64,000 nt of DNA from Endomicrobiaceae bacterium (GTDB taxonomy: Bacteria > Elusimicrobiota > Endomicrobiia > Endomicrobiales > Endomicrobiaceae): NCBI GenBank assembly GCA_028711215.1, contig JAQTSO010000003.1, positions 270 to 64,269 of the forward strand, written 5' to 3'. A model generated the notes under the pieces. The model had not been told where the DNA came from, did no database searches, and saw nothing but the letters and a program-made list of their open reading frames with translations. Positions 57,927-64,000 of this stretch are shown here, piece by piece (the first letter of the stretch is position 1; each line of letters begins with the position of its first letter). The position numbers and the translations under genes are program-made.

Positions 57927-59216
57927 TTATTTTGTTGTAACTTCTTTAAGCACTTTAAAAATATCAGTATTATCAATAATCTGCGAGTTTTTGTGAGTCA
58001 ATCCGATATATTTGTTAAATAATTCAGATCCGGCTCCTATTGCGTACAAACCAACAAGTTCATTTGTATGATTTTTGCTTTTGTATTTTACTGTTCTGTC
58101 AATTTTTAATAAATTTTTGCCTGCAAATATCATTTTATGTGGCAGTTGACCTTTCGCAAGATTTTCATTAAATCTTAACATTCCGGTAGCATGATCTGCT
58201 GTAACTATTACAAGCGTATTTTGCCAATTCATATCAGTTTGATTTGATTGAATCAATTTTATTAATGAATTAACGGCATCATGAAGTTCATAAACGGAAC
58301 CTACCATTGAATGATAATCATTATCATGATTTGCAGAATCGATATCAGATTGTTCAATAACAGCCAAAAATGGTTTCTTTTTTTCTAATAATTTTATTGT
58401 TGCAAATGTTACAATATCACTGAAAGATAAAGCATTATCTTTGTATGAAAAACCCGGATTGTTTTTCATTTTTTTAGGTTGAGGTACAGAATAATTGCTC
58501 AAGGTGACAAATATTTTTTTATCTGTCGTATAAAAAGGCAGAGTATTTTTTATATCTATGGAATCTGCAATATAATATCCATTTTGTTTTACAAAATCAT
58601 TAAGATAAAAATATTCGTTACATCCGATAATTATTTCAGGTTTAGTTACTGATAATATTTCCTCGGCAATTTCTTTGTAATTATTTCTTGAAATATTGTG
58701 GCTTGAAAAAGAAGCAGGAGTTGCACTATAAAACAGAGTAGTTGTAATTAAACATGTGTTATAGATGTTCTTTTTGTTTAAGATATCAAAAATATTTTGC
58801 AGAGATTTTCCGTTATTGTCTATGCATACTACGCCATTTTGAATTTTATATCCTGTAGACATTGCAGTTGCAGAAGCAGAAGAATCTGTCGGTGGTGTAT
58901 TTTTAAAGTAGTTATCTGCCAACTCTGTCGAATAATACGGATAGGGCAATAAACCTGCCGAAGATGTATCATAACCGTCAGGATTTGATTTGTTTATTGA
59001 TGTTAAACTCCATGTTGTTGAAAAAAATTTAACAGGAAAAGAGTTCCAAATTAATTTTTTATCAGTTCCGTACAAGTATAGACTTGTTGCAAATTCGCCG
59101 GATATTGACATTCCGTCACCTATAAACAAAAAAACATACTTTGTGCTGATATCGCCTATAAGGTTTGAAGCTGTAAACAGAAGGATAAATAAACAAAATA
59201 TCTTTAAAAATTTCAT
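57927..59216 (-). CDS. secreted alkaline phosphatase (PhoA family)
   Basis: 429 aa. Signal peptide, metal/nucleophile motifs GDGMS and TDSSASATAMSTGYK, and later DSANH and ADHATG. Confidence 0.85.
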   Translation of the reverse strand: MKFLKIFCLFILLFTASNLIGDISTKYVFLFIGDGMSISGEFATSLYLYGTDKKLIWNSFPVKFFSTTWSLTSINKSNPDGYDTSSAGLLPYPYYSTELADNYFKNTPPTDSSASATAMSTGYKIQNGVVCIDNNGKSLQNIFDILNKKNIYNTCLITTTLFYSATPASFSSHNISRNNYKEIAEEILSVTKPEIIIGCNEYFYLNDFVKQNGYYIADSIDIKNTLPFYTTDKKIFVTLSNYSVPQPKKMKNNPGFSYKDNALSFSDIVTFATIKLLEKKKPFLAVIEQSDIDSANHDNDYHSMVGSVYELHDAVNSLIKLIQSNQTDMNWQNTLVIVTADHATGMLRFNENLAKGQLPHKMIFAGKNLLKIDRTVKYKSKNHTNELVGLYAIGAGSELFNKYIGLTHKNSQIIDNTDIFKVLKEVTTK

Positions 59217-59307
59217 TTTCTATGACAGTATTATAACACATATTAAATGTTTTTTATTGTATATTTTTAATTGCTTTTTAGAATAGGCTATGGTATAATT
59301 CACAAAT

Positions 59308-59952
59308 ATGATAGATTTGCATACACATACACTATTCTCAGATGGTGTTTTACTGCCGAGTGAACTTGTTTACAGAGCAAAGTTTAAAGGTTATACGGCA
59401 ATTGCATTAACTGACCATGTTGACTATTCAAATTATGAATTTAATATCCCAAAAATAGTGGAAGTTGCTAGAGTTTTGCAGGAAAATTATGACATTAAAG
59501 TTTTGCCCGGAGTTGAAATAACATATGTTCCTCCAAAGTTGATAGCTGATATTGTTGAAAAATGTAGAAAGTTGGGTGCAAAAATTATAGTGGTACACGG
59601 TGAAACGGTTGCCGAAACGGTTCCCGCTGAAACAAATCATTATGCATTAAAAGCAGGCATTGACATTTTGGCACATCCGGGGCATATAACAAAAGAAGAT
59701 GTATTACTTGCAAAAGAAAATAATGTTTGTTTAGAGATTACAACGCGTAAAGGGCATAACGTTACAAATAAGGAAGTTGCAACTTTAGCTATGCAATGCG
59801 GAACAAACTTAGTACTTAATACAGATTCACACACACCGGATGATTTAATGGATTTGAAAAAAATAGAAAAAACATTACTTGAAGCAGGTCTTTATTTGAA
59901 ATATTTTGAAACAATGCAAAAAAATTCACAAAATATAATTGATAAAAAATAA
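59308..59952 (+). CDS. PHP-domain metal-dependent phosphoesterase
   Basis: 214 aa. MIDLHTHTLFSDG start, LTDHVD and later VHGE, AHPG and DSH metal-ligand pattern of the PHP fold. Confidence 0.8.
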   Translation: MIDLHTHTLFSDGVLLPSELVYRAKFKGYTAIALTDHVDYSNYEFNIPKIVEVARVLQENYDIKVLPGVEITYVPPKLIADIVEKCRKLGAKIIVVHGETVAETVPAETNHYALKAGIDILAHPGHITKEDVLLAKENNVCLEITTRKGHNVTNKEVATLAMQCGTNLVLNTDSHTPDDLMDLKKIEKTLLEAGLYLKYFETMQKNSQNIIDKK

Positions 59953-59962
59953 GAGGATAAAA

Positions 59963-60583
59963 ATGAAAAAACATCATGAAGATAAGATGGTAAAAATAAT
60001 AAATAAAATCAAAAAAAACAAAGCAACTTTTTTGACAATAATTGCTTTCATTGTAGGTATTACATTATTTACAATATTTGTTTATTATAGGTTACAGATT
60101 GTCAAAGATACAGCTTCTACGAAATTGGCAATTGCAGTAAGTTATGTATCTTCCGGAAATACGGAGCAAGGTTTGAATCTAATAGATGAAGTTATAAATA
60201 AATATTCAAATACTCCGTCTGCTTACAGAGCAATGTTAATGAAGTCAAACTATTTTATTTCACAAAGTAAATATGACGAAGCAGAACAGTTATTGAAAAA
60301 TATTATTAACAATGCCAAGCCTGATACGACCAAACCTTTAGCTTACCCTACATTGATATTAATTTATGATAATACAAATAAGATTGATTTAGCTATAGAA
60401 ACATCAAAGGAATTTCTGTTAAAATACAAAACAAACTATTTGTCTGCAAGTGTAATGGAAAACATGGCAAGATTATATGAATTATCCGGCAATGAACAGG
60501 AAGCACAAAATACATATAAAAAAATAATGGATATTTACCCTAATACTGATTATTCTGAACGAGCAAAAATTAAAGTAAAATAA
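59963..60583 (+). CDS. membrane-anchored TPR-like protein (YfgM-like architecture)
   Basis: Start at ATG 59963 (AAGAGGA upstream). One N-terminal TM (FLTIIAFIVGITLFTIFVYY) followed by TPR-like helical repeats. Confidence 0.6.
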   Translation: MKKHHEDKMVKIINKIKKNKATFLTIIAFIVGITLFTIFVYYRLQIVKDTASTKLAIAVSYVSSGNTEQGLNLIDEVINKYSNTPSAYRAMLMKSNYFISQSKYDEAEQLLKNIINNAKPDTTKPLAYPTLILIYDNTNKIDLAIETSKEFLLKYKTNYLSASVMENMARLYELSGNEQEAQNTYKKIMDIYPNTDYSERAKIKVK

Positions 60584-60607
60584 TTTGTTTTATGGGATAT
60601 TTATAAA

Positions 60608-62797
60608 ATGAAAAAAGTATACTTGGCATTTTTATGGCATCAACATCAACCTATATATAAAAATCCGCTGAATGATATATATGAATTACCATGGGTAAGA
60701 TTACATGCAACCAAAGATTACTATGATATGGTTGCAATCTTGGATGATTACCCTAAAATTAAATCAAATATAAATCTGGTTCCATCACTGCTTGTTCAGC
60801 TTGATGAGTATGCAAAAGGTATTGCAAAAGATAAATTTTTAGATTTAACTTTAAAACCCGCATTAGAACTTTCGGAAGAAGATAAAATATTTATACTTAT
60901 GAATTTTTTTATGGCAAATTGGGAAACTATGGTGTTTCCAAACAACAGATACCACCAACTGCTTGAAAAGAGGGGAAAGCAGACAAGTGAAACAGATATT
61001 AAAAGAATATTAAACTATTTCAAAGATAATGACATGAGAGATTTGCAGGTATGGTTTAATCTTTCATGGTTTGACCCGTATTGGCGAAAAAATGATGAAT
61101 TTGTAAATGAACTTTACATTAAGGGCAGAGACTTTACGGAACTTGAAAAAGCTAAACTTATAGAAAAACAATTGCAAATTTGCGGGATGATAGTAACAAA
61201 ACATAAAGAACTACAAGATAGAGAACAAATTGAAGTTTCGGTTACACCGTTTTACCATCCGATTTTACCTCTTTTATGTGATACAAACAGTGCTCTTGAT
61301 GCGACTCCAAATATGACATTGCCTGAAAAAAGATTTGCTCATAAAGATGATGCCCAGTGGCATATAAATAATGCGGTAACTTATTACGAAAACCTTTTTG
61401 GTAAAAGACCGGTTGGTATGTGGCCATCCGAAGGATCTGTTTCCAATGATGTTGTTTCGCTAGCTGTTAACAATGGGATCAAGTGGCTTGCAACTGACGA
61501 AGCAATTCTTTTGGGCAGTTATAAACCGACTTCAGAGAACAGACAATATTTATTCAGACCGTATGCTGTTAATATAAAAGGCAGTGTCGTAAATATGATA
61601 TTCAGAGATCACGGTTTATCTGATTCTATAGGTTTTGTTTATTCAAAATGGAATCCGGATGATGCTGTCAGAGATTTTATTGATAAAGTAAAGAATATAG
61701 GTAATTATGTCGGGGATTCTTATGAATATCCTCTTGTCTCTGTTATACTTGACGGAGAAAATTGTTGGGAGTATTATAAAAATGACGGATGGGATTTTTT
61801 ATCAAAACTATATAGCGAATTATCAAAAGAAGAAAATATTGAAACAGTCAGAATTAGTGATTATTTAAACAAATTTCCGCCTAAAGACACTATAAATAAT
61901 TTGATGTCCGGTTCATGGATAAACGGTAATTTCGGTATTTGGATTGGACACAAAGAGGATAATACCGCATGGGATTACTTAGGAAAAACAAGGGATTTTT
62001 TATTGGATTATTCACAGAAAAATTCAAATTTTAAAGATAGTGAATTGGGAAAAAAAGTTTGGCGGATATTATATGCTGCGGAAGGTTCTGACTGGAACTG
62101 GTGGTACGGAGAGGAGCATTCTTCCGGTAATGATGAAATATTTGATAAACTCTTCAGAAATCATTTAATGGCCATATATGAGTTATTAGACCAAAAAACT
62201 CCTGATTATTTATATAAATCTATAAAAGTTCTAAGGCAATCATCCTCAAAATTCACAATGACAAATCCTAAAGATTTGCTTACACCTAAAATTGACGGAG
62301 AAATTTCAAGTTTTTTTGAATGGAAGAACAGCGGATTATATTCTGTTGGTTATACAGGCGGGTCAATGCATCAGGTTTCGACAGTTATTAAACATTTTAT
62401 GTTTGGATTTGATTTAAATAATATTTATATCGGTATTTTAACCAATATACCGTTAAATTCGAAGGATATAGAAAATTTGCATTTTAATATTAATTTTTTG
62501 GTTCCTATAGTAAAAAAAATATCTTTAAGTTTTGATTTAAATAATAACATTGTTGAATTTGTTATTGTAAGTAATGGCAATAAAATTTCTATACCGTTAG
62601 AAAATATTGCTATAAGAACAATTGTAGAAATGTCTATACCTTTAAGTTTATTGGAACTGCCGGATAATTATAAAAATATTGAATTTACAATCAGTGTTGA
62701 TAAAGATTATATGGAAATTGAAAGATGGCCTTATCAATCTTCCGTTATAATTCCAAAGCCAAGTGAAAATTTTAACGATACATCGTGGACGGTTTAA
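60608..62797 (+). CDS. GH57-family glycoside hydrolase (alpha-amylase / amylopullulanase-like)
   Basis: 729 aa. GH57 regions WHQHQPIY, GMWPSEGSVS (nucleophile Glu), ILDGENCWEY (acid/base Asp) and AEGSDWNWWYG. Confidence 0.88.
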   Translation: MKKVYLAFLWHQHQPIYKNPLNDIYELPWVRLHATKDYYDMVAILDDYPKIKSNINLVPSLLVQLDEYAKGIAKDKFLDLTLKPALELSEEDKIFILMNFFMANWETMVFPNNRYHQLLEKRGKQTSETDIKRILNYFKDNDMRDLQVWFNLSWFDPYWRKNDEFVNELYIKGRDFTELEKAKLIEKQLQICGMIVTKHKELQDREQIEVSVTPFYHPILPLLCDTNSALDATPNMTLPEKRFAHKDDAQWHINNAVTYYENLFGKRPVGMWPSEGSVSNDVVSLAVNNGIKWLATDEAILLGSYKPTSENRQYLFRPYAVNIKGSVVNMIFRDHGLSDSIGFVYSKWNPDDAVRDFIDKVKNIGNYVGDSYEYPLVSVILDGENCWEYYKNDGWDFLSKLYSELSKEENIETVRISDYLNKFPPKDTINNLMSGSWINGNFGIWIGHKEDNTAWDYLGKTRDFLLDYSQKNSNFKDSELGKKVWRILYAAEGSDWNWWYGEEHSSGNDEIFDKLFRNHLMAIYELLDQKTPDYLYKSIKVLRQSSSKFTMTNPKDLLTPKIDGEISSFFEWKNSGLYSVGYTGGSMHQVSTVIKHFMFGFDLNNIYIGILTNIPLNSKDIENLHFNINFLVPIVKKISLSFDLNNNIVEFVIVSNGNKISIPLENIAIRTIVEMSIPLSLLELPDNYKNIEFTISVDKDYMEIERWPYQSSVIIPKPSENFNDTSWTV

Positions 62798-62802
62798 AAT
62801 AT

Positions 62803-63096
62803 ATGATAACAAAAGATATTATAGTCAATAAAACTGTATTTAAAGCTATAGAACTTGATTTATGTGACAACAGCAAATTGTTGATGATTACAGGGGCAAG
62901 AGGTTATATTATGTGCGGTTATCTTAATATTAATACTGCACAAAAAAGAGGAGATGTCGCTTGTATAGTTACCGGCGTAAAAACTATTGAAGATGTAATC
63001 AATTCAAATATAGTAGCATTAACCGCAGAAGCTCAAAAACTTGGTGTTACAATGGGAATGTCGGTCAAAGAAGTTCTGCAAAAATTTTCATATTAA
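62803..63096 (+). CDS. DUF1805 (YunC-like) protein
   Basis: About 97 aa from ATG 62803. LLMITGARGYIMCGYLN and VTGVKTIEDV blocks are characteristic of DUF1805. The track start 62785 would overlap the GH57 gene. Confidence 0.75.
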   Translation: MITKDIIVNKTVFKAIELDLCDNSKLLMITGARGYIMCGYLNINTAQKRGDVACIVTGVKTIEDVINSNIVALTAEAQKLGVTMGMSVKEVLQKFSY

Positions 63097-64000
63097 CTTT
63101 TTAACTGCTTTAATAAATCAAGAGCTATTTTGTTGGCAGGTTCTATTTTTAAAATTTTCCTTGCATATTTGATGGCATTAGTACTGTCATTTAAATCTTG
63201 ATATAATAATGCCAAGTTTTCCAGATATTCCATATTGTTTTTATCACTTTTTAATAAATTTGAAAGTATGCCGATGGCTTTTTCATATTCTCCGGTTACG
63301 GCATAAATTTTTGAAAACATTTTAAATGAATTTGTATTATAAGGTGCTGAATGTAATGATTTTTCTGCGAAATCAACAGCTTTTTTAAAATCCATTTTGT
63401 GCAGGTATATGTTGCTCAGATTTAAGTAATATTGATGTTCAATATAATTTTCATGATTGGTTTTTAGTGCTTCTAAAAATATTGTTTCAGCCTCATCATA
63501 TTTTTTTTCCATAAATAAAATATTACACAGGGTAGAAATATAACTATAATATTTAAATTTCATTGCTTCATAAATTAATTCTTTTGCCTGTTTATACTTA
63601 CATTGTGTCATTAAAATTTTTGCAAGTCCGTGCAAATTTTCAGGATAATTAGGAGCATCCATGTATGCATTTGTCCAAAATGATTCGGCATTTTTGTACC
63701 TGTTTGAATAAATATTGGAAGTTAAAGAAAAAACAACAAACAACGGAATAAATAAAAAAAATAAATATTTTTTTGCAAAAGGATACTTTGTTATTATTTT
63801 ACCGGTTAATCCGGATAAAAGTATAACTACGGCAACGGCAGGAATAATAAATCTGTGAAATAATAATAAATAATCGGGTATAAAAAATGTAGGCAGTAAA
63901 GATAATACAAACCAGGTTAATGAAAATAATATAACTTTTCTATTAATAAACCGGGTAAACCAAACAATAATCATTAGAAGTAACAGAATAATATTAACTG
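63093..64000 (-). CDS. TPR-repeat membrane protein, N-terminus beyond the right edge (possible GT-C/PMT_2-TPR type)
   Basis: The minus-strand frame remains open upstream of the listed ATG (63974) to base 64000 (...VNIILLLLMIIVW...). Hydrophobic segments are followed by several TPR-like repeats (e.g. YDEAETIFLEALK, FKKAVDFAEKSL, YEKAIGILSNLLK). Confidence 0.6.
   Translation of the reverse strand, partial: VNIILLLLMIIVWFTRFINRKVILFSLTWFVLSLLPTFFIPDYLLLFHRFIIPAVAVVILLSGLTGKIITKYPFAKKYLFFLFIPLFVVFSLTSNIYSNRYKNAESFWTNAYMDAPNYPENLHGLAKILMTQCKYKQAKELIYEAMKFKYYSYISTLCNILFMEKKYDEAETIFLEALKTNHENYIEHQYYLNLSNIYLHKMDFKKAVDFAEKSLHSAPYNTNSFKMFSKIYAVTGEYEKAIGILSNLLKSDKNNMEYLENLALLYQDLNDSTNAIKYARKILKIEPANKIALDLLKQLKS

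Noticed and set aside
1-64000. Searched by eye for CRISPR repeats, IS/transposase or integrase genes, prophage or defence-system genes (nucleases, STAND/AAA ATPases, toxin-antitoxin pairs).
   Set aside because: There are no regularly spaced direct repeats. Every ORF above about 100 aa that is not antisense to a better gene has a housekeeping, glycan or transport assignment, and nothing resembles known mobile-element or defence components.

Overview
A+T-rich bacterial chromosomal segment that is almost entirely coding. I found no rRNA, CRISPR array, transposase, integrase or phage genes by eye. The gene content suggests an anaerobic diderm bacterium: HypA/HypF hydrogenase maturation, a PyrK-type DHOD-B subunit, two GH57 enzymes, a lipoprotein TolC-like factor with MacAB, and an LPS-like glycan operon. 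I cannot name the taxon from sequence alone.

Layout, left to right:
1. Minus strand: hypF (partial) and hypA, uvrB, surE, then a truncated dcw cluster (murG-ftsW-murD-mraY-murF-murE-ftsI-ftsL-rsmH). Next come a half-size TSUP membrane protein, RNase P RNA (rnpB), a coiled-coil zinc-ribbon protein, nth, an IMPase and tRNA-Asp.
2. Plus strand: a fused purine/pyrimidine string, purC-purS(tandem)-purL-purQ-[small Cys-rich membrane ORF]-purD-purE-pyrR-pyrB-pyrC.
3. A ClC channel (minus strand), tolC-like/macA/macB, an orphan pyrK and a GT-C glycosyltransferase.
4. mtaB-rsmE-nadC (minus strand).
5. About 18 kb of co-directional genes: DUF4912, a GH57 branching enzyme, rsmI and a roughly 15-kb glycan operon. 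The operon holds rfbF/G/H, an SDR, an HpcH-fold protein, two HAD phosphatases, a YerE-like ThDP enzyme, a methyltransferase, four GT2 enzymes and a PglK-like ABC exporter.
6. Alkaline phosphatase, a PHP phosphoesterase, a TPR protein, a second GH57 enzyme, DUF1805 and a partial TPR membrane protein.

The best candidate for an undescribed system is the CDP-dideoxyhexose / ThDP / aldolase-fold / HAD / methyltransferase module at about 43-52 kb. Secondary items:
- The DUF4912-GH57 pair.
- The tandem-fused PurS.
- rnpB packed between two protein genes.
- An endonuclease III with a Cys-to-His change in its Fe-S ligand motif.
- An orphan pyrK separated from pyrRBC by an efflux block.
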